Origin: a bacterium
GTDB lineage: Bacteria; Hinthialibacterota; Hinthialibacteria; Hinthialibacterales; Hinthialibacteraceae
Reading direction: 5' to 3'
NCBI GenBank assembly: GCA_963663405.2
Contig: CAXXSM010000118.1
Coordinates: 1 to 64,000 of the forward strand
Length of the DNA: 64,000 nucleotides
Below, piece by piece: positions 9,886 to 21,351 of the stretch. The notes beneath the pieces were generated by a model. The model worked only from the letters and a program-made list of their open reading frames with translations. It had not been told where the DNA came from and made no database searches. The position numbers were made by a program, and so were the translations under genes. The first letter of the stretch is position 1, and every line of letters starts with the position of its first letter.

Positions 9886-11919
9886 TTATTGATTCAAGAC
9901 CTCTGTATAAGTCCAGTCAGGTTCCCAGCCATATCCTAAATCGATAACAGGGCTTTTGGGGATGTTTGACAAAAAGTTTACTGCACTCTCATTATTGCCG
10001 ATTGCAATGGGTGTTTCTGAAAAACGCACAATTCCAATCCGAGTTTTTGAATTTTGGATTTTACCCAAATCAGTTTCGCTTCTTGTAAAAAGAACATATT
10101 GATCGTCCGGTGAAAGCGCGCCTCCGTAAATATGCTGTTGATCCTCAGCCAAAAGAAGACGTTTGTTCTGACCATCGCCATCCGCCATCCAGAGTTCCGC
10201 CCATCCGCCCTGGTCAGGAATGATTCCCCGTGAATAAATAATATGTTTTGAATCATGAAACCAGTCCGGCGTACAATTGAACCGATCGGTTTCACTGACG
10301 GCGTTGATTTCACCAGTCTGGGCATTGATCCTTCCGATAGACCAAAATACTCCCAGACCATTGGCGGTTCCACAAAACCAGTTTCCATCAAACGACCAAC
10401 CCAGTTGCTGTACTACTCCTTTTCTAGGTAGGGTATGGATTACTTTCTTATCTGCTATATTGACAATATGGATTCCTGCTTTGTTTAAAATGGCGAATTG
10501 AGTACCGTCTCCACTCCAAGATGCCCAAGGAAATTCATCCCCCCATATTTCTGAATGGGTTCCATCAGCATCCGCAACGACCAACACTTGATTCCCATAT
10601 GTATTGTTGTCCACTGGAATATTTTTCGGCATACGATAATATAGCATTTTTTTTCCGTTAGGAGAAAATCGGATACCGGCCTCATTGAACTGTGGAGAAT
10701 TGGAGATATTTCGTCGATTCGATCCATCCGGCCGCATCAAATATAAATCCCAATCTCCCTGATCCGTTTCAGCGCTGTATGCAATCCAGCCCCGATCATG
10801 AATTTCTTCCATTAACGCTTGCTGGGGATCTTCTATCTTCTCCGCTGTTTCAGGTTGCAAGACCTCAGAATATGTCCATGAGGGTTCCCATCCTTTGGGA
10901 AGCGTCAATACCGGTCCTCGATTGGCCTTCGGGTATAAAGAACGTAATTCCATACTTTGACCAGCAATGATCGGAGTATCACTCAAACGAATCAATCCCA
11001 TTGCCGCGCCCTGATTCCCTGGATCTCCATCCTCGTTCATGTTTCCTGTAAACAACACATACTTTCCATCTGGAGAAACATTTCCTCCATAAACGTGGCG
11101 TCCATCCTCTCCATACACCAGTTCCCGATGGTTTCCTTCAGCATCGGCGCGCCATAGCTGTGTCCAGCCATAACCGTTATTTCCTTTCTGGCCTGGAGGA
11201 CGATTACTGAAAATAAGATTCTGTGAATCAGGAAACCAGTCTGGTGTGCAGCAATCCATCCGGCTGACCGGATTAACCATACCGGTTGAAACGCTCATGC
11301 GCGCTACACTCCAACTGGTTCCCAGATTATTGGCAACCCCGGATAACCAATGACCATCCGGTGACCAGGTCAATTGTTGGAAAAAACCTTTTCGATCCAT
11401 TTTTTTCAAGGTTTCACAAGTCTCGATGTCATAGAAGATAATTCCTTTAATCGATAAACAAACGATCTGTTTTCCATCGGGGCTCCAACTCGCCCAGGGG
11501 TATCCACCATCATCGCTCATGATTCTTGGATTCGTTCCGTCACTATCACACAAAACCAACTCCCCTTGAGCGCCGTAAGCATTCCCATCAATCTTTTCTT
11601 CACGAGGCAGTCGCCGATACAACAGTTGCCCGCCATCTTGAGAAAACTGTGGCGCCGCTTCGTTGAAATCCGGGGTTTTAGTTACATTAATTGAATTGGA
11701 TCCATCCGGCCGGCAAAAAAACAAATCCCAATCCCCACTTTCAGAACAGGCGCAATACACAATCCAGCCTTTCGAATGTACTTCCGCCGCCAATTGATCA
11801 ATCGCATGATCAGCCAATACAATAATTGGTTCTTGAAAACAAACCAACATGACAATCAGGCAGATTACCTCTAGAAAATGGGGTATTGTAACAGGTCGTT
11901 TTACATGTTTTTTGATCAT
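9886..11919 (-). CDS. secreted TolB-like protein with two tandem beta-propeller (PD40) domains
   Basis: Signal-like N-terminus; two homologous halves (GWIVY..GDWDLF..RPDGSN / GWIAY..GDWDLY..RPDGSN); repeated WSPDG/FSPNG motifs. Confidence 0.75.
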   Translation of the reverse strand: MIKKHVKRPVTIPHFLEVICLIVMLVCFQEPIIVLADHAIDQLAAEVHSKGWIVYCACSESGDWDLFFCRPDGSNSINVTKTPDFNEAAPQFSQDGGQLLYRRLPREEKIDGNAYGAQGELVLCDSDGTNPRIMSDDGGYPWASWSPDGKQIVCLSIKGIIFYDIETCETLKKMDRKGFFQQLTWSPDGHWLSGVANNLGTSWSVARMSVSTGMVNPVSRMDCCTPDWFPDSQNLIFSNRPPGQKGNNGYGWTQLWRADAEGNHRELVYGEDGRHVYGGNVSPDGKYVLFTGNMNEDGDPGNQGAAMGLIRLSDTPIIAGQSMELRSLYPKANRGPVLTLPKGWEPSWTYSEVLQPETAEKIEDPQQALMEEIHDRGWIAYSAETDQGDWDLYLMRPDGSNRRNISNSPQFNEAGIRFSPNGKKMLYYRMPKNIPVDNNTYGNQVLVVADADGTHSEIWGDEFPWASWSGDGTQFAILNKAGIHIVNIADKKVIHTLPRKGVVQQLGWSFDGNWFCGTANGLGVFWSIGRINAQTGEINAVSETDRFNCTPDWFHDSKHIIYSRGIIPDQGGWAELWMADGDGQNKRLLLAEDQQHIYGGALSPDDQYVLFTRSETDLGKIQNSKTRIGIVRFSETPIAIGNNESAVNFLSNIPKSPVIDLGYGWEPDWTYTEVLNQ

Positions 11920-11963
11920 CAGAGGAATTACTTTCTCCTGTGGAATCGAATCGCTCGAATCAT

Positions 11964-13360
11964 TTATTGTTCCAGATAATAAAAATGAACTCCATAGGAT
12001 TCGATAGAAATATTAATCCGCGTATTGTCGCGGTTCAATTTCAGTGGTGTTCCTGGTTTGAGTCTGGCATTCTCATCGCTATTAGGAGTCAATGCATCCA
12101 AAACAATGGGTTTGACATGCAAATCAAAAGGTGGATTATCAAACTCCAAATTGACAGTAACCGGAGATGGAGAAAAGTTCCAGACCAAAAGATTGTATAG
12201 CCGGTATGTATCATCCCAGGAAGCCAATGCATGAACTGTGTCCGAATCCGATTCAATCCGCAATCGGTCACCCGTTAGACGGGAAAGCAGTTTAAACAAA
12301 AAATACGTGGGCCTGATCGTGTTCTGATAATCAAACAACCCATCCCATTGGGGCCGCCGGTTCCACCATTTGGACATGAATGCGTTCCCTTCCGGTGACA
12401 TAAATCTCGAAAAACGTTCAAATGAAACATGGTAATCTCTGATATGGTAATAACAGGAATAGTCCAATCCGGCTTCCTTCATCCGCCAGATTACCTCCGC
12501 GACATAACAGGGTTGAAACCGGGCGTCATCAGGGAAATTGGATAAGTTCACATTCCATTCATCCAGTATGGTTTCCGGCTGCAAGTCCGAATGTTTCTTC
12601 AATTCCTCATGCACATACTCGATCGTATTCCGCAATTGAGACGGATCGCTGGTATAGATATGCCAGGAAACAAAATCCAATGGAGTCTTTGTGGCTTCGC
12701 AGAAATCAAGCAAAACCGGCAATATTGGAGAACGCACATTAGCCAAAGCCGGACCGCCGACTTTGGCGCTTGGATCCGCACGGCGAATGGCTGCAACGGT
12801 ATGTTGATAATAGTTAGTGTAATTACTTGGCTGGAAGCGATAAGGACATCCACCGCTTTCCCCAATGTCCGGTTCATTGCTGATTTCCCAATACCGGATA
12901 TCGGCATTCCGTTCTTTATAATGCCGCACCATGGCATAAATCAAATTCTCCCATTCCCTATAATCGTTGGGTTCCACGATGTCCTGGTTGATTTCGGGAA
13001 AGAGCGCCGAGGGCTTGAAGCAAATGCACATCAGTGGTTCCGCTCCCGCTTGTCGAATGCAATCGACGGACCTGTCCAGCAAATCAAAATGATACTGCCC
13101 GGGCGCCGGTAACAGATCGAAATATTCCTGGATAAACAGCCGGATCATTTGAGGATGCAACGCGCGTATTTCCGCAATGCGATTGTCCCACATGGGTTCC
13201 TCCGACAATCCGCCCTGGCCCAACGCCATACGATCGATATTCATGGGGCCAATCTTATCGCTCAGGTCAATCTTCAATTGAACAGGGCTCGGCCTGCCCC
13301 CAGGACACCACAGAAATCGATACAAACAAAACTCAAAGAAAAAGCCGATGTTTTAGCCAT
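11964..13360 (-). CDS. GH39-like glycoside hydrolase (beta-xylosidase/alpha-L-iduronidase clan); signal-peptide region frameshifted
   Basis: YWEISNEPD acid/base motif, AKVGGPA, LDFVSWHIY, ILDEWN nucleophile. The track ORF starts at 13325, but an ATG at 13360 and a hydrophobic FVSISVVSWGQAEP stretch lie in other frames. Confidence 0.75.
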
Positions 13361-13366
13361 AGTCTT

Positions 13367-16186
13367 CTACCCTTCATATTCAACGATTATCGAATAATGC
13401 TGTTGATCAGGATTTTCAATAATGACCCATTCTCTCTGAATATCGTAGTTCTGCCAATCCGCGCCATTCACTATAACACCATGCATTTGTTGCGCTGTGG
13501 GATGCCTTAGTCGGATCAACAATTTCTCCGGTTGATAGTCAGCCGGCATATCAATTTCAACCATGATCCTCCCATTATTTGAATGCGACATAACTGAGAA
13601 TGTAATATTGCCATAATAAGTGGGCGCGTTCTTAACTTCAATTCGCTCTCCATCCTTGAGCCAGACTCTTGGAGTAGCCTGCAACAGCAGCAATGAATCA
13701 TCATCCTGTTCATGAATGAGCATGTGCCGGTACAATTCAAACCAGGCTCCATCTGTACTCGGTGGCCCGAAATACTGTCCCCAAAACCAGCGGTGTTCGA
13801 CAGGTTCGTAAACCGAATGACTGAATGCGCTTGCCATGGTCGTGTAAAAAGCGCGGATTGTTGCTTTCACATCATCACGCAGCAAGTAGACCATCGCCTG
13901 CGGATTGTATACAGGCTCGTTTGCCGCTCCCCATCCATGAAGGTACAGGTTGTCTTCATGGTCGTTCAATAGCGAATCGGCCAGCAAACCCTCTGCGTGG
14001 ATTGCTTTTAATCGCAGCAGATGAGTAGCCCCCGTGTCGACATCCGTAGGATACCATTGTTCCATCAACCGCTGCGGTGAAAGAACCTCGCAAGGTACAT
14101 AGGGTATCCAAGTTTGATCCCGTAACTGAACCAGGGGTGAGCGCATCGACGCTGATGCAAAAGCCTGGATTACCTTTTGTTGAAAATCACGCGCCGCATC
14201 TAGACATTCCTGCGCACGAGGATGATGAATCCGTTCCAGGGCTTTGCCCAATGTACTTAATCCCGCATAGATGTACGCTTGCGTAAATGCCCAAATGCCA
14301 TCGCCAGTCAGATCATTAAGCGGCGCCCGGATGAGTCCTTTGGTTTCTTCCATGTTTTGTTGGGATTGACTAATCTCATTCAAACACCAATCCAGGGCTT
14401 TTAGCGTATAAGGCAGTAATCGCTCAAAATTTTCCTGATTCTGCGAGAGTAGGAAATGCTTTGCAACGGAATATATCATGGATGGTGTATAGACCCCCCA
14501 ATTGGCGTAACCTTTGATATGACCGTTCAGCTCCTGATTGTTTCGGAACATGGCCAGTAATTCTTCCAATGAAAGGGCGTGGTATCCTCTCAGATCGTAC
14601 AACATGTAATCCACATAAACCGCTTGGTTGACCGGCCAGGGTATCCCCGATTGATCGTAGGCGAAATTGGAATAAGGAAGATCGATTTTTACATTTTCTT
14701 CTTCTCCTCCATGACGGCGGGGAAGGCGCAAAGCATGCCAAAGGTTGGCTCGAAACAAGTCATTGACGTCCTGTTCCGGAACATGGAACTGTGCGCCTTG
14801 GTTCAGATAATTTGACCAGAATTGAATCGTTTTACGTTTTGACTCTTGATAATCTAACGCAACTAACATTCCCCGCTCCTCAGCACGAACCATGGGTGAA
14901 GGGAGTTTGATAATCAGATCCCGGTTTTCTTGCGGATTCAGAGTAATTGATAAATTGACATCAAAACATACTTTCTCATTCTGCTTCTTTTCCCGCGTAT
15001 CACATGAATCAACCACCAAGCCATTTCCCTCTATCGAAAACAAGATTGAGGTCTCTTTATCCAGGTGGAACAGAATTACGTTTCCCGCTTGTGTCGCTTT
15101 CAGATCTGGTAGATGGTCCGATTCCAGTTTTCGTTGATGATGAATGCATAATGGCACGGATTGGCGATGGTTGTTCGTATTGATAATCCGGATTTTTTGA
15201 AGCAGAACCATTGGAATGTCGCCTCTCCGTTCAACCGGAACACCATTCAGAGGAAAAGCGAATTGCTCGACTTCAAAGAGCGAAAAATTTCGCTCGATCG
15301 TGGTCGTTATCACTGGCAATCCTTTTTCCAGGGTCTGCCCTTTCCACGTTTTTTTTAATTCATCATCCAATTCACCGAAATCGAACCAGAATCGAAAACG
15401 ATCCGGATTGCCATAATCATTCCAAACCCCCGCGCCCCGGTCGATACCGAACTTGTAAATCGCGCTATCCCAACTGAGGCCAACGATATGGCCTGGCGCG
15501 GGCTGGTTCGGATGGAGATACGCCGGGGATCCCATATCTTCCCATAAATCCGTAAATTGCTTCAAACTTGATTCCGGTTCAAGCGCCACTTGTTGGAGTA
15601 CACGTTTTTCTTGCAGGGATTCAAATGCCTGCTGGTAAGTTGTAAACGAGACTGGATTTTCACCGACAGACAGATAAAGGTCGAGTGCGGGAATCCAAAA
15701 ACATCGATTCTGTTCCAATTGATTGATCGTCACACAGAATCCGCGATTCCCTTCTGGATTGGTTTGTACAAATAACCGCCGCGAATCTTGCCGCATCGAT
15801 GGATCATGGCTCAAACGGTGAACTGTATCGGAATCACTATGCTCCATCAAGTACTTCCAGAATGGATGGATATGATCGTTTTGAATGACCGGCGTCGCTG
15901 AATAGATGATTTTGAATGACAATCCATCCACATCATTCCCCCCCGCCGCCGTTTTACAAAGCAGGTCTATACTCTCTTCTCCCGATTCCAGTTCCATGCC
16001 TCCAATATCCGTAATTTCGGCGTGATCGCTGTTGAATTGAATATAAAATGGAGTATTCGCCGCGGATGTATGCCCCCATGATATACGAACATCCAATTGT
16101 TTGATTAAGCTTTCAGAGCCGAATACCTTGAATGGGGTGAAGATCAATATGCCGGCCAATACAATCCTAATTACGATAGTCCGCAT
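13367..16186 (-). CDS. large secreted protein, probable (alpha/alpha)6-barrel glycoside hydrolase-like
   Basis: Signal peptide; C-terminal LLLLQATPRVWLKDGERIEVKNAPTYYG resembles the tails of six-hairpin glycosidases; sits among CAZyme genes. Confidence 0.55.
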   Translation of the reverse strand: MRTIVIRIVLAGILIFTPFKVFGSESLIKQLDVRISWGHTSAANTPFYIQFNSDHAEITDIGGMELESGEESIDLLCKTAAGGNDVDGLSFKIIYSATPVIQNDHIHPFWKYLMEHSDSDTVHRLSHDPSMRQDSRRLFVQTNPEGNRGFCVTINQLEQNRCFWIPALDLYLSVGENPVSFTTYQQAFESLQEKRVLQQVALEPESSLKQFTDLWEDMGSPAYLHPNQPAPGHIVGLSWDSAIYKFGIDRGAGVWNDYGNPDRFRFWFDFGELDDELKKTWKGQTLEKGLPVITTTIERNFSLFEVEQFAFPLNGVPVERRGDIPMVLLQKIRIINTNNHRQSVPLCIHHQRKLESDHLPDLKATQAGNVILFHLDKETSILFSIEGNGLVVDSCDTREKKQNEKVCFDVNLSITLNPQENRDLIIKLPSPMVRAEERGMLVALDYQESKRKTIQFWSNYLNQGAQFHVPEQDVNDLFRANLWHALRLPRRHGGEEENVKIDLPYSNFAYDQSGIPWPVNQAVYVDYMLYDLRGYHALSLEELLAMFRNNQELNGHIKGYANWGVYTPSMIYSVAKHFLLSQNQENFERLLPYTLKALDWCLNEISQSQQNMEETKGLIRAPLNDLTGDGIWAFTQAYIYAGLSTLGKALERIHHPRAQECLDAARDFQQKVIQAFASASMRSPLVQLRDQTWIPYVPCEVLSPQRLMEQWYPTDVDTGATHLLRLKAIHAEGLLADSLLNDHEDNLYLHGWGAANEPVYNPQAMVYLLRDDVKATIRAFYTTMASAFSHSVYEPVEHRWFWGQYFGPPSTDGAWFELYRHMLIHEQDDDSLLLLQATPRVWLKDGERIEVKNAPTYYGNITFSVMSHSNNGRIMVEIDMPADYQPEKLLIRLRHPTAQQMHGVIVNGADWQNYDIQREWVIIENPDQQHYSIIVEYEG

Positions 16187-16331
16187 TGTTTACTGTACTC
16201 CTTGAAATCGATATCATATTTAGTTTCTTAAAGCGGATATTCCGTAGTATATGTACAGAAAATTGCGGCTCATCCAGTAAGTGAGCGCTATTAGTAAATG
16301 CGACTTCTAATGAGAAAGCATATTCCTCTAT

Positions 16332-16409
16332 CCCCAGGATTGAAATAATGGGCTATTTTCTTTCGTCCCGGAGGGACATATTATAGCAGCCCAGACTTTT
16401 AAGTCTGGG
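16332..16409. repeat. REP/REPIN-like element with a central gtcccggagggac palindrome and a cccagac-ttttaa-gtctggg hairpin
   Basis: Palindromes are directly visible in intergenic DNA. Confidence 0.55.
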
Positions 16410-16766
16410 TAAACATGGATACACAATCTTCCATGAAATGAGAATAAATTTTTACATTGCGCACTCACTTACCGGATAAACCAAAATTGTCATATAAAGC
16501 ATCTAATTTTAAGAACTTACTTACGAGGTATCAATTTTTTTCTTGTGGCTGCTTTGCTGCCTTTTCAGCTAGCGCGATCCCAACAGCCTTGAGAAGATCT
16601 TACTCTGTTTCAACTCTGCAATCCAATTCATTAACGGATTTTTTTTGGTGTCATAATTTAATCCTTGACGGGTATCAACGTTTTGATTGGATAAAGGGAA
16701 GAGAGAATGGATACGAAACATGCAACAGTAACAATTTTTTTTCTTGAAGATCTATATCGATCCTCT

Positions 16767-18191
16767 CTACTGAATCCCAGGCGCTTGGAAACCGGCAGCC
16801 GCGTCATCAAGCACTAGTACCCAATCTTGATTTTGACCGTTAGTAGGCGGAACAAATGTTAATGCTTCTTTTGTATGCAAGACAGTGAAGGGGGAATGTA
16901 TAAGCTTTAATTTTTCCGCATACAATAAACCATCTCGCGGACTATACCACCAGGCATTGATTTTCGAGCCCGATATTTTTGACAAATCGATTTTGAATGG
17001 AAGGCCCATGGTTGAATAAACAAATGCACACGTTCCATTTGTATCGCGTAGGACCGCACGATAGGATGGTTCCATACCTGTATTTCCCGCTTCAGAGAGT
17101 AACAAAGACTGGTCTGGAATCATGGTTAGTTTGGATCGAGATTCCATCAAGTAGCGCAAATGCTGCATATCGGACGCGCCTTCATATTCCAACGCGTTTT
17201 TCCATTCACCGCGATATTGCCAGACTCGATCAGCGCCGTAAGTGAAACCAAATGCCCCGGAAAACACCGACCAGTAACCTTCATAGCGACATTTCCATGC
17301 TGATGACGTAGGCGCTTCAGACCGATTTTCATAGCCAGGTTCACCGTTTATGACTGGTTTGACAGGTGTCAAATTATAATCGGAACGTATGCGCGAAACA
17401 TTGGCCGCCTGATGCCCCCATGTCTGTTGCATGTTAAAATCAAGCCACGCGTCTTGATGAAAATCATCCGATGAAATCGAAACGGGATGGATTGTCATCA
17501 AATGTTGGCCGCCGTGCCCTTCTTCCAATCCGTGCGCTACTGCGCGCACTAATTCCCGTTGATCATCAGATATTCGTTGTTTATCTTCACGCCAATTATC
17601 ATTGACTTTTTCGTATTCTCCTGTAACAAGCCAAATCACATTGTTTCTGTTTTTGTATCGTTCGCCAAGTAGTTTCCCATAGAGGAAATTGTTATTTCTT
17701 GGATCAGGAAATAGGGTATCAACATCTTGTCCCCACATACTTGCAAGTGCAATAGCCAAGTTATATTTATGGGCCGTATCGATTATAAAATCCAAATGGT
17801 TCCAATATGCTTCATTCAACACAACCGGATTGAACTGTGTAAAAGGTAATTCTCCATTGTAATTAGGGACCGGTTGCTTCTGTTCATTCATGGAATCGTG
17901 GTGATTGACTCGAATCGCCATCACTTGAATAACGGTAAAACCTTTTTGACTTCTATCTTTCATATAATAATCTACATCGCTGGGATTACGATTTATGAGA
18001 ACCCATGCAGTATCACCAAGCCAAAAGAAAGGTTTTCCATTGTTGAGTAGGTAGTGTCCGGATATTGAAAAAAGAAACGCTTGTTGTTTTTGGTCTCCAA
18101 ACACTAGCATTGTTAAACTAAAGAATAGTGATGCTACAGCAACAAGAAATACCTTTTTTGTAAGATCTTTTATCCATCTCTTTCCTGTCAT
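16767..18191 (-). CDS. DUF4038/apiosidase-like (GH140-like) protein with C-terminal putative collagen-binding domain
   Basis: NGKPFFWLGDTAW, KGFTVIQ, LMTIHP, WLDFNMQQT, KPVINGEPGYE, GAFGFTYGA, AWWYSPRDG, DWVLVLD. Confidence 0.8.
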   Translation of the reverse strand: MTGKRWIKDLTKKVFLVAVASLFFSLTMLVFGDQKQQAFLFSISGHYLLNNGKPFFWLGDTAWVLINRNPSDVDYYMKDRSQKGFTVIQVMAIRVNHHDSMNEQKQPVPNYNGELPFTQFNPVVLNEAYWNHLDFIIDTAHKYNLAIALASMWGQDVDTLFPDPRNNNFLYGKLLGERYKNRNNVIWLVTGEYEKVNDNWREDKQRISDDQRELVRAVAHGLEEGHGGQHLMTIHPVSISSDDFHQDAWLDFNMQQTWGHQAANVSRIRSDYNLTPVKPVINGEPGYENRSEAPTSSAWKCRYEGYWSVFSGAFGFTYGADRVWQYRGEWKNALEYEGASDMQHLRYLMESRSKLTMIPDQSLLLSEAGNTGMEPSYRAVLRDTNGTCAFVYSTMGLPFKIDLSKISGSKINAWWYSPRDGLLYAEKLKLIHSPFTVLHTKEALTFVPPTNGQNQDWVLVLDDAAAGFQAPGIQ

Positions 18192-18253
18192 TTTTTACTC
18201 TTTCCGGGATTTCCCATTTGAACCAAGTACTATTTGATAAATCTTCATATGAA

Positions 18254-18813
18254 TCATACATCTGAATCGAAAATGTTGAACCAATCTATCAGGAATCCTT
18301 TTATGAATCCTTGGATTCCATCTAAGAGATCTATAGTCCACAAGGAGTCAGATTCTTCGTCTTTAGAAGGATCTGAAAGTACGTCATTTAAATATACTCT
18401 TTTTTGAAGTAATACCAGTTGCGCATTTGCCAGTACATATCCGTCCAATCCGGTTGACGTGGTTTTACCCATATTATCCCGATAATCGTTGGCTTGCAGT
18501 GTATGGATATCCCCAACCGCCCCTTCCTGAAGGCGCGAAACCGTTTCCTGAAATCCTTTACTGAAACGAAGACAGAGTCCGGAAACCACCGACAAATTTC
18601 GTTTCATTGCTAGCCGGCTTGTTTCGAGTACAGACTGCACATCGGTAGCATCGACGGCGATGGATTTTTCAGCAAAGACATTTTTCCGGCTTCGACGACC
18701 GCTTGAAAATGTAACGGCCGACTATGCGCTGAAATCGCTTTTGCAACCTCAGCGCTGTTGTTCGCTGAGACAATACCCCGGGCAAAAAACAGACAGGCCA
18801 TGGAAAGGATCAA
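18254..18813 (-). pseudogene. fragmented Gfo/Idh/MocA oxidoreductase remnant
   Basis: Pieces HFQAVVEAGK / VFAEKSIAVDA / SRLAMKRNLSVVSGLCLRF...GAVGDIHTLQANDYR lie in different frames; the N-terminal Rossmann start and the C-terminal half are missing. Confidence 0.65.
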
Positions 18814-19143
18814 CCATCGAACAATCGAAACGGGGTCATTCCAATTCGTTGCGCCTTCTTTACACGAAATTGTTTTCGATCGGCGTTTTCTTTTTTTTCT
18901 AATCCCACCTGGGCTTGCCTATATCAAAGACATTAGATTCCCTCCCTTGTGATTTCATATTGAAAGATAATCTGTAAGCAAAATACACTGGATGCATATC
19001 TCTGGCAAAAATCATTGTAGAGAAAAACTTTGCGATTTACAATCATTCCTCCGGAAGATTGATTTGGGTATTGCATGTGACAAGACATTCATGCGACAAT
19101 GAAGATAGTCGCATTTCATTCATTTCTATCCGGGAGAGAGGCT

Positions 19144-20163
19144 ATGAATCCGATCCATTTAAACCATATCGACAATCCACCTCATCAAACCAATCATCAC
19201 AGCATCCATGAGACAGAGTCAAGGAACGCTTTTTCAAACCGCCGTGATTTTTTACGTTTTGGGGCGCTTTTAATGTCAAGTATCACGACAAATGCGATCA
19301 CTACACCCGTTTCAATCTCCGCGGATGAAGTTCGTAAACCAACTCAATTCCAAATCGCGTGTATGACATTGCCATACAGTCAATTTCCTTTTCAACGCGC
19401 CCTAATGGGAATCCAATCCGCTGGATATGAGTATGTCGCCTGGGGAACGACTCACATTGAAAGCGACAATAATCGCACGCCTATCATTCCCGCGGATGCG
19501 CCGCCAAAACGGGCGCGAGAGCTGGGTGATCTCTGCCGGGATATGGGTCTTACACCCTTGATGATGTTCTCTATGGTTTATCCGGAGCATGATGACGCCA
19601 TGAGTATCCTGACCAGCCGCATTCAACAAGCAAGCGCGGCGGGAATCCCCCAAGTCCTTACGTTCGGTCACACGCAAGGGGGTAATCGGAAACTTTGGAT
19701 CGAGCGGTTTTCCAAATTGGCGCCCATTGCACGCGATCACAATGTCATGATTGTCGTGAAACAGCATGGCGGAGAGACCGGAACCGGCGAGGCGTGCGCT
19801 TCCATTGTACGTGAAGTGAATGATCCCGCAATCATGGTCAATTATGACGCCGGCAATGTGATGGATTACTTGAATGTGGATCCGATTCCCGATATCCAGT
19901 AGTGCGCTGACGTTGTACGGAGTTTTTGTATGAAAGACCATCGGAATTGGCCGGAAGATCAGGACTGTGGACCTGGATTTGGTGAAATCGATCACTACCG
20001 CCTACTGCATCCCGCAACGTTCAAAGGCATCCCGATGCCGTTGTGCTGCGAAAACATTTTTGCGCCGTTGATTCCCCGGCCAGACAACCCAGAAGGTATA
20101 GACATACTCGCCCGCCGCGTAAGAGAATACCTGCAAACAGTCATCCAAGGGCTACAACACTAA
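19144..20163 (+). pseudogene. Tat-exported sugar-phosphate isomerase/epimerase (xylose-isomerase-like TIM barrel) with an in-frame TAG at 19900-19902
   Basis: RRDFL twin-arginine motif; KQHGG, VNYDAGNV. ORFs 19099-19902 and 19930-20163 share a frame (IQ*CADVVRSFCMKDH..PGFGEIDH). Confidence 0.75.
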
Positions 20164-21351
20164 GCGCACATTAAAACGACTGGTAAGATTCAAAGAAATC
20201 CAGGATTCAATTTCAATGGGAATGACCCAATATTTCACTTCCATTGATGAAGAGCACGCAGATATCAAAACTGGCTAATGGGATCATTTTTCAGACGAAA
20301 AAGAATGAATTGTTATAAGAACATTATAAAATTATCCGCTCCATGTTCGTCATACAAAGGAGGATCGATGATATCTAATCGAATATTTAATCGTTTCTCG
20401 ATTGCTCTTTATACCGTCTAGTCCAACGCCCATTGGCGCCTACTCGTTTTTCCTAAAGTACGCTGATAGGGTACATTTGCTTTTGATAACAGCAAAGCGT
20501 AAATTCCCATGATTTTCTTCAGGACAATATGGTAAAAAACTAGAACTATAACAGACTTCATCAGAGAGCCCCATTCCTTCATCTATAATTATCATATCTT
20601 TTTTAGTAAAATATATAGATTAGAATAGACATCGTTCAATTGTTGTAGGAAGATAAAATCTGATCCATTTCATGACAATCAAGGTGTCGATATGAATCGG
20701 TTTCTCTCTACTATCGTCTTTCTATGGGCTTCGCTTTTTTCTTACGCGCAGGATGAGAATAGCGGTTTGGTTGGTCATTGGATATTTGACTCCACGCATA
20801 TATCTGGAAATGTTGTAAAAGACCTGGCTGGAAATCATGACGCGATCATTGAGGGCAAAGTCAACTTATACGAGCCAACGGGCAATATAGGTTTGAAACT
20901 CAATCCATTGGAAGCAGATAGCAAAACTGACGCTATTGTGATCTCAAATATGATTTCTCCATCAGAATTGCCTCAAAAAGAGATAACAGCAGAAACCTGG
21001 TTCTGCGTCTTGGGTGGCACTCGCTGGAATGGGATTATTGGATGTTTTGAAGATAAGGAGAATGTTGATAAAGGATGGGGATGGTTATTAGGGTTCAACG
21101 ACGATTTTTTCTTTTTTGCTCTTTCCAGCGATGGTAATAACAATGAAGATGGAAATGTTACTTATTTACATTCAAATACATTTCTAACGTATGGGAAATG
21201 GTACCATCTCGTAGGCGCCTATGATGGAGTATCGCAGAAAATCTATGTGAATGGCGAACTCCATAATTCATCCAATCATCAATCAGGGAAAATCAATTAT
21301 GCTGAAGGCGCTCCTTACGTAATTGGAGTCTATAGGGATTCCAATGAAAAT

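Noticed and set aside
16457-16747. 96-aa plus-strand ORF in the spacer
   Set aside because: TTG start, no recognisable motif or RBS, and opposite in orientation to the surrounding cluster
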